64,000 bases of DNA, from the IMG/VR virus record IMGVR_UViG_3300050821_012250, positions 1-64,000 of that record; one strand, written 5' to 3'. Each line of letters starts with the position of its first letter. Within the stretch, counting starts at the first letter, position 1. Origin of the DNA: a virus. The notes under the pieces were generated by a model. It did not search any database, was not told the DNA's origin, and was given only the letters and a program-made list of their open reading frames with translations. Positions 38,573 through 50,252 of this stretch are shown one piece after another. The translations under genes were made by a program, and so were the position numbers.

Positions 38573-41249
38573 GAGACCCCCGGAACGGGTTAGACTTTCT
38601 GCTTAGCTAGCGAATCTAGCGCTAACGGGGGCGTCGCACAAGGGGATGTGACAGATTTCTTTAGCCCTCCGGATTGGAATCCTCCGGTGCCCCTGTATCG
38701 CCGCTGTAAACCCACGGACAGGGCTCCTGCAAGCACTTCTCCGCAATACCGAGGGCCTCGCAGCGCATGGAGCACAACGCGCAGGGCGCGAGGTCATTCA
38801 TGGTTTGCGGAGAATCCGCAATCATCACTCTCCTCCACCCTCCACTTCTTCACCGCCAACTCCACCCACACGTTCTGACCTTGGCTCGGCGCCACCAGGT
38901 TATGTTTGCGCGTGAATTTCTTGCGGTATTCGCGAAAGCAGGCTTTGTCGTGGCGCACGGGGAGGTTGTGGGCGGCGCAGAGGATCACGACTTCTCCTCC
39001 AACTGCCGCCATAAATGCTTCTCCACCACATCGGCCAGATGCAGATTATCAGCCCACTGATTATCCCCGTGCCGCGCGCAAACCTGGCGCAGAATGGCCA
39101 CCGTCCGCTCGCGCTCGCTGATCCAACTCATTCGCGAGACCTCTTCCGAATCGTAGCCGAGCTCCTTGACGCACTGCTCGAGCAGCTTCACCCAGACACG
39201 CCGCTCGCCGCAGAGATAGGCTTCTTCTTCTGACTCGGTCATTTTTTCTCCACGATATTTCGCAACTCCAACACATTCTCCAGTGCCGGACTCCGCCACT
39301 CCTCCCGACATCCCCGGAATTCGCCCACTGCCGCCATATCCACGGCCGCGAGCTGCATTTTCAGCGTCTCGACCTCGAGGCGCAGACGTTTGAGCTCGGT
39401 CCAAGGCCAGATGCTCATACTTTCTTCTCCCTGCGCATACCGACCGGCCACAAATCCAACGTAATGTACCGCGTCACGCACCGCGCTGCCTCAGTCGCAT
39501 CGGCGAAAGTGGCCACCCAGGACTGTCCGTCATCGCCGCCGACAATCTGATGTTCACCTTCGGCGACTTGGATCACGCGCAGCGATTGCGGATCGACGTG
39601 AGTAAAGGGAGCGCTCATGATGATTTCTTCTCTGCTTTCTGCTTCTCCCTGATCCGCTGTTCGCTCATTCTGTCGGCGAACAGCCCGATCGTGTTGGCCA
39701 TTTCCAACAATCGCTCTCCCTGGCGCTGCAGATCCCGCGCGACCGCGTAATAGGATTCAATCAAGGCGCTGACTTCATCGTCCATAGCGTGCCTCGTACC
39801 GTACTTTTTCCAAACGACTGAATGCCCAGTCGATCGACAGCGTCAACGTACCTCCTATCAAACACCATACAACACGCTCAAGCGGTACCGGATGACCGAT
39901 TGGAATGTAGTGAGCCAATACCAGTCCGACCATGAATCCGATCCAAACAACAGTGCGTCTCATACGGTTTCCTCCACCGGTATATCGTCGAGTCGACAGA
40001 ATCTGACCCAGTCCTGCGGCGGCCGCTTCTTGCGCAGACAAACGGCTCCCACATCAAACCGGCGCCCATCGAAAGTGCGAATCCAATATCCAACGCCACC
40101 GACATAGTCGAGAGAGTGCGTAGGCAGGCTATCCACAGTCACATCTGTGCCGAAATATCTATCCGATTTCGAATCATGCCAGTCAGCCTTATCATAAGGC
40201 TCCAATCGCGCGATTTCTCCGATATGAAACTGCGGCATCACGACTTTCGATTCCAATAGGTTTCAACGAGCACGGCAAAAACAGCGGCAAACCCGACTAT
40301 CAGACAAATGAAAAGTCCCACTGCAACCAGACTCCAGAACGGCGCGAATATCCACCACCAGGACCAATCAATAACGCCACAGAGTTTTGATAATGCGGCA
40401 ATCATGCTCAGGAGAATGAGCAGACCGAGCCCGCGAGCAGGAAGGGGATTTCGCGGCTTCATCGTTCGAATTCCGCCGAATCGATCATCCATTGCAAACG
40501 CTCCTTGGTAGCCGCGTAAAATCGCGTACCAACGTCCCGACCGATTCGGCCTCATATGCCACGCCAGAATTATAGAGCGGTCCATACGCCGTCTCCAGCG
40601 CTTCAAAATCCGGATAGGCGAGCTTCTTGAGGAGTGAATAGATTACCGTCCATTCCGCGAAACTGAGAACGCCATCACACGGCACCTCGAATGCGGGAAT
40701 GGCGAACCGCTGATTGATGCGCTCGAGGTCGATCGACAGAGGCTTGGATTTCATGGCGCGTCTCCGTGATAGAGTGCGCGGACGTTAACATGAAATTATT
40801 TGAATTGCACCTTGGACTGCGGATTGTCATCACGATAATGCAGGATGACCAGACCGGTACTCTCAACGCGCAATCCCCGCGCGATATCCCGCAATTGTCG
40901 CTGCCGCTGCGTGATGGGCAGCAGATTCTGCGGCGTGCAGACGGTGCAATAATACTGCTGGTACCAGCGCTCTCCGATGCGCGGGTCCATAATCACCACC
41001 GTACGCTCGGACAGGACCTCACATTCGATCGGCCATGTAAGCCCGACCTTCTCCAGTGCCTCCAGATTCTCATGATTGAAATTCAGGACGCGACGCCAGA
41101 GTCCGTCATCGCATTTCACATCGAAGCAGTTGCCGTGCTCGTGCGGAGGTTCGCCATAGACACCAACAAGGGTAACGCTGCCGATTTCAAGGGCTTTCAT
41201 AGTTTGATCCCGTTCGCAAATGGCCGCGTCCCTGCGGCCCAGGGCTTTC

Positions 41250-41648
41250 CTAGAGTTCCGCGATCTTTTTCTGAAGTTCCTCAATTGGCAACGCCTCCAG
41301 ATGCGCGTCCTGCTTCTTCGCCAGAATCTCCAGCAGCCGTTGTTTCGTCTCGGCACTCTCGCGCCGTTTGGCTTCCTTCTGATTCTCCTCCTTGCGCGTG
41401 TCGATGATATGTTTCACGATATCAAATCGCAGCTGGACGGTCGGATCAGTCTTCGATTTCTCATCGACGAATGATGCTACCTCAGCGGTGCTGCGCAATT
41501 CCCGATGTAGACTCAAGGCGATGTCATCTAGATTGGGTTTGCCGACCATCGAGGTCAATGGCAAATCCCACAGCTCTTCCACTGATAGCTCACCACGCGA
41601 GGAGGTGAATCGAAGTTTCTGTCTCGTAGCTTGATCAAACATTCTCAT
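41250..41648 (-). CDS. Conserved phage protein
   Basis: FDQATRQKLRFTSSRGELSVEELWDLPL followed by coiled coil; adjacent to the 672-aa gene. Confidence 0.65.
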   Translation of the reverse strand: MRMFDQATRQKLRFTSSRGELSVEELWDLPLTSMVGKPNLDDIALSLHRELRSTAEVASFVDEKSKTDPTVQLRFDIVKHIIDTRKEENQKEAKRRESAETKQRLLEILAKKQDAHLEALPIEELQKKIAEL

Positions 41649-41657
41649 GATCTCCTG

Positions 41658-43676
41658 TTAAAAAACAATCTTGACTGTTCGGGTAAACGAGCCACTGATT
41701 TTGGCCAGCACCTCATTTCGCTGCGTGCTGGAAAATCCCAGCCCACTCAATTGCTCCGTCGATTCCTCAGTGCGCATCTTGGCCCCGACCATCTCAATAA
41801 CCTTGCGATGCGCATTCAATTCCTCTTTCAAAAACTCGTTATAGAACCCGCGCGCCTGTCCATCGTTCGCGCAGCCATCCAACATGAAGAAATAATGCTT
41901 GTTGCCAATTGGATGCTCACTCCAATAGTTTGGTGATAGCATTACAACATTGACTCGCTGGAACTGCTGGGTTTTCAATCCCCATGCCGTTTGTGAGATC
42001 TGTGTCGATGGCAACGATTCCATTATCTCGATGCCGTTCTTGCGCGAATAATTTAATTTGGCTACGAGCACATCAGTATCCTGGCGTACTGCCTTCTCAT
42101 AAGCGAACTGGTGAATGGCTCCGAGATAATCTAACTCCACCTCGAAACCAATATCGATCGTTTCGCGCTGCCGGTACTGGCGCACAAAAAGTTGATAAAG
42201 GCCCTCCTTCATGCGCGAACGATCAGTGTAGAAAATGTTCTCCACTGGAGCGCGAGTATGACCTGACCCCGCGTTCATATCGACATCCAGCATGCCGCCA
42301 CACGCTGATAGCGTGCGTTTGTTACCGAAGTAAATCTCGTAGTCGGTCGGCTCGCGCATATGGAAATCAAGATCATCGAAATTAGACCAAGCCAACCGAC
42401 AACACAAATCACCGGTCACCGTGCCGCCAGCTTGCTTCACACGCTCCTTGATCGAATCCGCCACATCCCCCGTATAGGACCAGGAGAAGCCATTGTCCCA
42501 TTTGAACAGCCGATTAGCGGTGGGATCGGCTGGCGCCACCAGACTTACCAAATTCTGGATATGCCGATTCTCCACCATGATCTCAACCGATTCAGCGCGC
42601 GGCAGGATCTCGCTGATGAAAGTCTCAATGGGTACCTCCTCGACGCGCTCAAAGCTCCTACTGCTGAGCGCTCTCGTGGCGAGAGTATCGAATACATCAC
42701 CCGTTAGGGATTTCCGCGCCGACCGGTCGGCGAAAAGGATGTTATTGACATTGATATCGGTAAGACGCGCATAACGGCGCTCCAATGCCGATACCAGGCC
42801 TAATTCCTCCAATGTCTGCTTTGCAGCAGCGATCATTTTTGGCGTCACCAGCGCAGTCGGACGTTTGTAATTAGTCGGTGCCACGACCATTTCGAACTTG
42901 CGTACCGCAGCCTCCAGATCGAGCCCCTCAGATAGATCGACCAGCAGCGTCCCGATAGAAGTATTGCGGATCTTGGTCACGGAGCCCGGAAGATCCTTCA
43001 GGCGCGACCAGACAAAAACATCTCGTGCGCCATCATCAGTCAATTGGCCGAATTCCTGCTGCAACCGCTGAAATAACGTGAGTGTCGTATGATGCTCTGA
43101 CCCGCGATATAGCGAGCCCTGTCGGATCAGATCCAGGACGGTCTCAACTGAATCGAGCGTCAATTCTTTCAGACTCCGCAGCAGTACGTCATGCTGGGCA
43201 TGACGTTCCGATAATTTGGGACCGATATCGATGCCCTGAACAATGCATTTCGCCGGTAGATTGGCGAAAAAATGATTATAGGTGACCACCCGATCGGTCA
43301 ACTGCTCGAAGTTCCGATCCGTACCCGCGACCGGCTCAGTATGCAGAAATACATTCGCGATCGGCCGCGTTTTCACGATTCTCGCCAAGGCATCCGTGAC
43401 GGTCTGATAGGCTGATTCTTCCATCACCACATCCCATAGGCTCACGATCCGTCCGTCGATGATCGCGACCACATCACCGATTGCGCGAATGTATTGGCGA
43501 CAGCACGAGCAATCGTATTCCCGTCGCTCTCGGAAAATCGGATTCGTCCCAGCGGGAAATGATTCAATATAGGTTGACCATAACAGGTCTTTCTCGACAT
43601 CGACGCGGAATAATTCATGGCGCGATAACAACTCGAATTGCTTCGCAACTGCTTGCTTGAAGACTTTGAAATCCAT
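41658..43676 (-). CDS. Large phage protein with YfaP/DUF2135-like segment
   Basis: YDCSCCR, APTNYKRP, LAWSNFDDLDFH..LDVDMNA..PVENIF, SPNYW..GNKHYFF. Confidence 0.65.
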   Translation of the reverse strand: MDFKVFKQAVAKQFELLSRHELFRVDVEKDLLWSTYIESFPAGTNPIFRERREYDCSCCRQYIRAIGDVVAIIDGRIVSLWDVVMEESAYQTVTDALARIVKTRPIANVFLHTEPVAGTDRNFEQLTDRVVTYNHFFANLPAKCIVQGIDIGPKLSERHAQHDVLLRSLKELTLDSVETVLDLIRQGSLYRGSEHHTTLTLFQRLQQEFGQLTDDGARDVFVWSRLKDLPGSVTKIRNTSIGTLLVDLSEGLDLEAAVRKFEMVVAPTNYKRPTALVTPKMIAAAKQTLEELGLVSALERRYARLTDINVNNILFADRSARKSLTGDVFDTLATRALSSRSFERVEEVPIETFISEILPRAESVEIMVENRHIQNLVSLVAPADPTANRLFKWDNGFSWSYTGDVADSIKERVKQAGGTVTGDLCCRLAWSNFDDLDFHMREPTDYEIYFGNKRTLSACGGMLDVDMNAGSGHTRAPVENIFYTDRSRMKEGLYQLFVRQYRQRETIDIGFEVELDYLGAIHQFAYEKAVRQDTDVLVAKLNYSRKNGIEIMESLPSTQISQTAWGLKTQQFQRVNVVMLSPNYWSEHPIGNKHYFFMLDGCANDGQARGFYNEFLKEELNAHRKVIEMVGAKMRTEESTEQLSGLGFSSTQRNEVLAKISGSFTRTVKIVF

Positions 43677-44300
43677 CGTAGTTCGCCTTTTTTATAAGAT
43701 GTCAGTAAATCGTGACACGGTCGGATCAGATCTTTGGCACGCTCCCAAACCACCGCAGATTGAGCGCTTCCAACGTCGGCATATCAAGCTGTCGCGGCAC
43801 AACCGCATCAATCTGGCAATGCGGACACAATGCGGTGTTGCCCCGGTCGGTCCAGTCTGCGACCTCTGCGCGCGTCATTGAAATTCCTCAGTTGTAAATC
43901 ATGTTCGCGCACGCTATCATATTTTCCATTGACAGGCAACGAGGCTGAGCGGATGAAAAAGACTAAGGCCGGATTTATCCTGAAGCCGGATTTGTTTGAT
44001 AGTAACGGTCTCGTTGCTGAATTCGAGACAGATCGAATAAATCATCCAGAACATTTCGGCGAAATCTATATTCTCAATGGATGGCTCGATATTTATAAAG
44101 CCCGTCAACTGCGTGATTTTCTGAATGAGGTACTGCCACCATGACGCGCGCTTTCCCCATCCGCTGGTCGTTCCAAGTTCTCTCAAACGACACTGGGTTC
44201 CGTTTTTTTCGTTCTGACACCGCACAAGTCTGGCTGCGTGTCGGCTATACCGTTGATGATGTCCGCTCATTGATCGACTATCTCAACACAAGGACCTGAT

Positions 44301-44555
44301 ATGCGCGAACATAATAAGGAAATGACTATCCTCCAACGCCGCGTCTACGATTTCATCCGCACGCGGATGGAAACCGAATTCTGTCCACCAACGCGCGTGG
44401 AGATCGCTCGGAACTTCGGCTGGCGTTCGCCGAATGCGGCCGAGGATCATCTTCGGGCACTGGAGAAAAAGGGCGTGATTCGATTGCTGCCCAATACCTC
44501 GCGCGGCATTCAGTTGATTGAGCTGCCCGTGCTGCAGCCGCCGACCGCACAATGA
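44301..44555 (+). CDS. LexA DNA-binding domain only (no peptidase domain)
   Basis: PPTRVEIARNFGWRSPNAAEDHLRALEKKG..SRGI; 84 aa. Confidence 0.85.
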   Translation: MREHNKEMTILQRRVYDFIRTRMETEFCPPTRVEIARNFGWRSPNAAEDHLRALEKKGVIRLLPNTSRGIQLIELPVLQPPTAQ

Positions 44556-45010
44556 CCGCTTATGAGATCCAATGCTACCATTGGCTGCGCCGCGCGCTTC
44601 GCGACGAGATCGGCGTGCCCTTCGAAGGTCCCGGCCGCAAGCGCAAACTGAAAGACGCCGAGGCGCGAGCAATCGCGGTCATCGTACTGGCACAGCCTCA
44701 TGGATACCGTGATCGCATGATTGAGAACATCGGCGAGCGCTTGTTGATCAGCCGTTCCACCTTGCGACGGGCGATCTTGAACTACAGAACGAAAGTCAAA
44801 GTGACACTCACGCTTCCGGCGCCGAAGTAGGTTTCCTGGATTTCCGCGGTTTCGGCGCTTTCGCATCGACCAGATCAAATTCCGTCTCGCAGTGACGGCA
44901 TTTGCGGCTCGTGGCGTCTTTAGATAGCGGCGCGCTCACGGCGATGCAGTTGGGACAGCTCGCCCAACGGCGACCGGACTTAGTCACATGGATGATGGCA
45001 GTGCGGCGGC

Positions 45011-45361
45011 TCATGCGGATACTCGACCGCCCAACATGGAGATTACATCAGAATCTGTCCTCCAAACGTGGTATTGCGCGCCATGTTGCTCGCACCATGT
45101 AAAAAATCTTTTTTGCAAAGGCGTGAATTCCGACTTCTGCCCTTCGCGTTCAGGTTTCTTGATTTCGATCACAAACCAACGTCCTCGTGCCCAGCACCAA
45201 AAATCCAAGGGACCGGCCATGAAAATATGAGCGCCAAGTTTTTCGGCAAGCTGGATGAGAGGATCTTCATTTGCGTCCCGATGAACGTCCGCGAGCCGAT
45301 GGCGGCGAGAAGCTTTCACGACAATGCCGTCCTCAACTGCACATGATTGCATCGAACACAT
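45011..45361 (-). CDS. VRR-NUC (PD-(D/E)xK) nuclease
   Basis: RDANE..PLD..IEIK..FTPLQKRF..W. Confidence 0.75.
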   Translation of the reverse strand: MCSMQSCAVEDGIVVKASRRHRLADVHRDANEDPLIQLAEKLGAHIFMAGPLDFWCWARGRWFVIEIKKPEREGQKSEFTPLQKRFFTWCEQHGAQYHVWRTDSDVISMLGGRVSA

Positions 45362-45514
45362 CGCCGTTCTTGGATGATCTTGATACGTTCCGTCGGTGCG
45401 AATGAAGTGCCTTTCGCCCCTTCCACGTCATCCGATCGGACAAAGATGGCCTGTTTGATATCGCGCCACGGCGAGTATTTGTGCAAAATGTGAAGCATCT
45501 GAATTCCTGAAACT

Positions 45515-45586
45515 TTCGGAGGGCAGGATTCGAACCTGCGTATGCGGGAATCAAAATCCCGTGCTTGGCCGCTTAGCTACCTCCGA
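45515..45586 (-). tRNA. tRNA-Gln(UUG), CCA not encoded
   Basis: Acceptor TCGGAGG/CCTCCGA, D arm GCT..AGC, anticodon arm CGGGA-TTTTGAT-TCCCG, T arm GCAGG-TTCGAAT-CCTGC. Confidence 0.9.
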
Positions 45587-46093
45587 ATATTCCTGTTGAG
45601 CTTTCGCAGCCTTAATCCTGATTCTCCGCCGCACCCAATACATGCGATTCGCCTCGTGACATTCCTCGCATCGGCAACCGATCTGATAGCTATAGCGCGT
45701 TCCACATTTCCGTGTCCGCTTCGGTCCACGTGGGATCTTCACACCCGCATACGCCCGACAATAGACGCGATTAGCCTCCTTGCAAGGCTCGCAGCGGCAG
45801 CCATGGACGTAGGTTGATCGCGTGCCGTGGAGCTTCGCATTGCTTCTCTGCGCAGCCTTAATGGTGTCCTGAGCAGCCTGCCACATCGTCTGATGCACCT
45901 TCTTGGCCAACCGGCATTCGGGACATCGGCATCCGAGTGCATAACTGGAGACTTTTCCATGTTCCGCGACCTCCGGAGCATTGCGGCGGCGTTCCAGATA
46001 ATCCCGCAGATATCGCGAATTGGCCTGCACACACGGTTCGCACCGACAACCTTTCGCGTACATCGATCGCGTACCGCATTGAGCCACTTTCAC
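45551..46093 (-). CDS. Protein with four (H/C)G...Y..GCRC..C putative Zn-binding repeats
   Basis: GCRCEPC, GCRCPEC, GCRCEPC, GCRCEEC; GTG coupled to the upstream stop. Confidence 0.7.
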   Translation of the reverse strand: MKVAQCGTRSMYAKGCRCEPCVQANSRYLRDYLERRRNAPEVAEHGKVSSYALGCRCPECRLAKKVHQTMWQAAQDTIKAAQRSNAKLHGTRSTYVHGCRCEPCKEANRVYCRAYAGVKIPRGPKRTRKCGTRYSYQIGCRCEECHEANRMYWVRRRIRIKAAKAQQEYSEVAKRPSTGF

Positions 46094-46581
46094 GGCGCGG
46101 CCTTCGGCATCTTTTTCGCGGCCTTCTGATATTTTCTCAACTTGCGCGTCCATTGAGCAACAGCCCGCTTAGCCGTTCGAGGCGGCAACTGCTTCGCCTC
46201 TTTCAACTGTTGTTGCGCATTTTTGAGCAGCCACGCCATCTGCGTCCGCGTGAGCTCCTGTCGGTTCGCGCGGTCCTCGACCATCCAGCGATGGAGTTTC
46301 TGTAGATCCTCGATATGCGTAAGGCCGCTGCGTTTGATGGTGTAGGCGTAGAGACTCTCGCGTCGGATGCCCACCAGGTCAGCGATGATTTCCTGTCGCC
46401 GATAAGAGTGAGCACCCAGATAATCCATGATTTCGTCACGCAGGCTGAGGAGATCGATCGTCTTCGTCATTCGCATACCGTAGCATACGTGCGGGAGTGC
46501 GCACAAATGGAACGACGGCTTGCATCAAGACTTTTTGTGTGCGAGCATGGGCACATCGAATGGATCGAAGGGAGAGTTTCC

Positions 46582-46769
46582 ATGCTCGTATTGAATCGCA
46601 CGGTAAAGCAAGCGGTCATCATCGGCGACGGTGAGATCGAAATTCAGATTCTCAGCATCGAAAAAGGCCGCGTGCGTCTCGGCATCCGGGCACCCAAACG
46701 CTAACAGTTGATCGTGCAGAAATTTTCCTGCGCAAGCAAGCTGAGAAAGCCGCCAAGGGTGTCGCATGA
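46582..46769 (+). pseudogene. csrA: CsrA/RsmA homolog with a 1-nt frameshift
   Basis: MLVLNR..IIGD..RVRLGIRAPK then TAA; the -1 frame continues LTVDRAEIFLRKQAEK to a TGA overlapping the next ATG. Confidence 0.8.
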
Positions 46770-47416
46770 GTCCGGCGTTGAACCTACGCGAGATCCGCAC
46801 GCGCGTCATTCGCGAAAGGCGGCAGATGGAATCCTCAAGCCGCAAGATCGCCGTCTATCGTCGGGCGTTATTGGAGGCGCTTCCTGAATCTGATGAGTAT
46901 GAAGACTTCCTTATGCGCCTGATTGATCCTGCTGTGAGTGACGCGGATGTTGGCGCGGCCGCGCGCGCGATGGTGAAGAAATACATTGAGGAAGTCGCGA
47001 GTTATCGGGGTGAGGAGTTATGACATCGGAGACGCCGGTCGCAGCAGCGCTGGAAATCATCGAGCGTTACGGCGGCATCGATGGTGAACATCACAAAATG
47101 TGGGTTATTGATCAGATCGCCCGCGCCCTACTCGGTGATGCTTATCCGCAGTGGGTCGTCGACATGAAGGCTGGCGAGGATGGTCCGAACACCTACGACT
47201 GGGATGAAGGAATCGCGCCATGACCCAGGAAAATGTTCCCATCCTAGCCAAAGAAGGCGACGAATGGGTGTTGAAAGTTGACGGAGAAGCCCCGGTGCGA
47301 ATTCCTTACGCCCAACGGGCATTGGCCAATTCCATCTGGAAAGCCGCACAGCGGGCTTACATCAACGGCAGGATCGACGTGATGCAAGCCATGCAGCGAG
47401 CGATGGGAATTACAAC

Positions 47417-48391
47417 ATGACCTCAAAACAGCGGTTACCTTTCCAGCGGCGCGTGGTCGATTGGATGATGGAGACCTTCAGCATGGAGGTCTGTCGCGAT
47501 AACGCCGAGCGTAATCACCGTTTTCTGGAAGAGGCGTTAGAGCTGGTCCAGGCTATGGGTTGCACGGCGGCCGAGGCGCATATGCTGGTCGATTACACCT
47601 TCGGGCGCCCCGTAGGCGATCCCGAGCAGGAAGTTGGCGGTACCATGGTCACACTGGCCGCGCTCTGTGCTGCGGCCGATGTCAGCATGGCGGAACTGGG
47701 TGAGCGCGAGTTAGCGCGATGCTGGCAGAATATCGACCGCATTCGAGCCAAGCAGGCCGGGAAGCCTCGCAGCTCGCCGTTGCCAGGACCATCGCCGGAC
47801 GAGAGGGTCACGGAGAACTTGCGCTCCCACTTGGAGCTTGAGCGGATGACAAGTTCCGAGCTTCGCGCCATGGTCAACGGCCGCGACAGAACTATTTCCG
47901 AGTTAAACGCGAAACTCGCCGCATGCACACCGTCCGAGACGAAACCGCCTCTCGGACAAGAGCCATGGCGCCTCTCGCTGCCGGTGATCACCGTTCAGAT
48001 GTTGGCTGATTACGGTCAGGAAGGTTTCTTCGAGAAGACAGACCAACCGGTGCAAGGTGTTACCGGCGTGAGTTGGTCGAGCGCTGCCGTAGATTTTGCC
48101 TGCATGTTGCAGGGCCGGCAGCAAGAACGACTCGCTGTGGAACCGCCGGATGCTCCTCTCGGTTTGATGTACGAATGTCGTGATGAGCTTGCGCGCTTGA
48201 ACTCTCCGCTATATGAGAGGGTGTGGAAGTGGTGCCAGGAACGTCAACAGAAAGGACCCGCTGTGGAACCGGAAGCGCCTAAGCGGGACTGCGTGCATTC
48301 CATTCATGTCGATTACTGCCCGTCGTGTCAGGAGGATCTGAAATACCTGCGCACACCGGAAAAAGCCACTTGTCGCAAGGACGATCTTTAA
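47417..48391 (+). CDS. Mosaic protein with MazG-like NTP pyrophosphohydrolase N-terminus
   Basis: RFLEEALELVQ..QEVGG..VTL. Confidence 0.55.
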   Translation: MTSKQRLPFQRRVVDWMMETFSMEVCRDNAERNHRFLEEALELVQAMGCTAAEAHMLVDYTFGRPVGDPEQEVGGTMVTLAALCAAADVSMAELGERELARCWQNIDRIRAKQAGKPRSSPLPGPSPDERVTENLRSHLELERMTSSELRAMVNGRDRTISELNAKLAACTPSETKPPLGQEPWRLSLPVITVQMLADYGQEGFFEKTDQPVQGVTGVSWSSAAVDFACMLQGRQQERLAVEPPDAPLGLMYECRDELARLNSPLYERVWKWCQERQQKGPAVEPEAPKRDCVHSIHVDYCPSCQEDLKYLRTPEKATCRKDDL

Positions 48392-49595
48392 TGCGCAGAC
48401 TCACCACCGAAGAACTTTTCCGCATCGGCCCCACCGGCCTCGAGGAAATCAGCGACGAGACGCTGAACCGGAGGTTGGATGAGGTTGAGCGGCGGGAGTT
48501 GGAGAGGATGGTCGATGGATCTCGGGATTCCACCGATGGATCTTGATCAAATCAAATTCGAAGCCCGTCGTCAGCTCGCCAAAGAGCATTTTGACGAAGC
48601 CGTGCGCGCCGAGGTGACACGGCTGAAAACTCACAAACCGTGGTGGTATATATTTTTTCCGTTCGAAATCACTATCAGGAAACGAAAATGAATGAAGTCG
48701 CTGATTTAAAGCCAAACTATAGAGAAGTGGTTGCGCGAGCCAAACGCGAAGTATTCGAGGAGAATATCAAGGGAGCGGTCGAAAAACTGAAAGGCAAACT
48801 TCGGGAGCGCGATCGGGCGCAAACGGTGCTCGCCAACATTGATCGCGAGATTGCCGAACTGGAACTCAAGATCGAACAGGGCAATCTGTAATTGCGTTTT
48901 GATGGCCCACGGTTTCTCTCCCGCCCGCTCGGCGTTCACTGGGCGGGATGGGAGACTGACACCTATCGTTTGCAGCGAAGTGGTTGGGATCTGGCGGTGG
49001 AACACCAGGTTGGTCGAGATGAATATTGCCTGCTGATGCGACATGAACAGATGTCCCTCTATGCCTACACGGATGTGATTACGATCGAACGCGTCATGCA
49101 GGATCCGAGTTTTCATGCAGAACGCTATCCTATTTTTCAGGTGCGGCGGATGGCAAAAATGCTGTATTCGAACTGGACGGATATGTCGCTGAACTTTGCC
49201 GCGTTTCAGCAGATCGATGCAACGCCTCAATTTTCTGAGAGAAGAATGCAATCCGTCGAGGATTTCAATATTTTCGCCCTGGCGCGAAGTAAGGCCGAAG
49301 AAGTATTGGTGAATCGCGCCGACATGACAGTGATCGAGCATCTGGAGGCCATCAAAGCATTGCAGGAACCCCGACAACATGAGATCCGGCAGCGGATGTT
49401 GCGTGAGAGAAGTAATCAGATTCCGGTGCGCAGCACCCCGAAATTTCAACTCGTTGCACAGTTGATTCACGTGGAGAACGCAGCATGACCATCCTCCAAT
49501 CCGCCTTCACCCTCCTGCTCGCCGGCATCCTCATCGCCGCTTTCGATGACCGGCGCTGGTGGCGTTGGTTGAGGCGGAAATTGCGCGATTGAGCC

Positions 49596-49979
49596 ATGGT
49601 CATTCGAGTCCTCGTCTGCGGCGGACGCAATTACAACGGTGATGCGGAATGGAATCATGTAATGAGCGTGTTAAGTGAGATCAATCGAGCGACTCCCATA
49701 TCAGCCGTGATTCAAGGCGACGCATCAGGAGCGGATTTGCTCGGCCGTTGTTGGGCCGAAATGTACGGCGTCAAATGTATTTCCGTTCCGGCGGACTGGA
49801 ATGCGCACGGCCGCGCCGCAGGTCCGATTCGAAACAAGCGGATGTTGACCGACTTCAAGCCTGATCTGGTGATTGCTTTTCCCGGTGGACGCGGCACGGC
49901 GGATATGATCCGGCAGGCCGAAGCGGCGAATGTTCCGGTGAGAAAATGTCCACGGCCTGAAACTGAATCGCGCAGTTGA
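49596..49979 (+). CDS. SLOG family protein (YspA/DUF2493-like)
   Basis: VLVCGGR, GDASGAD, ADW..HGRAAGPIRN..M, AFPGGRGT. Confidence 0.85.
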   Translation: MVIRVLVCGGRNYNGDAEWNHVMSVLSEINRATPISAVIQGDASGADLLGRCWAEMYGVKCISVPADWNAHGRAAGPIRNKRMLTDFKPDLVIAFPGGRGTADMIRQAEAANVPVRKCPRPETESRS

Positions 49980-50252
49980 AGCGTGAGTTTGTTTGTGTTA
50001 TGGTGCGCGCACATTAAAACCGATTGAGGTCACCATGTCTGAAAAGAAACCCCGCGCTACCCGAGTCTATATCGTCACAGATCGCACCACGGATAAACCC
50101 GTTGCATTGGTCGAGGCCGTCACCGAGCCGGCAGCCCGGAAGCATCACAGCTCTAAGACTGTCGATGTGAAGCTCGCGACGCAGAAGGCCATGTTTGATG
50201 CAGCGAAAGCCGGCATTGAGATCGAAACGGCGAGTGCGGCAGAAGAAGCGGA

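Noticed and set aside
38693-38722. CTGT...ACAG as an SOS box for the mini-LexA
   Set aside because: The spacing is not N8
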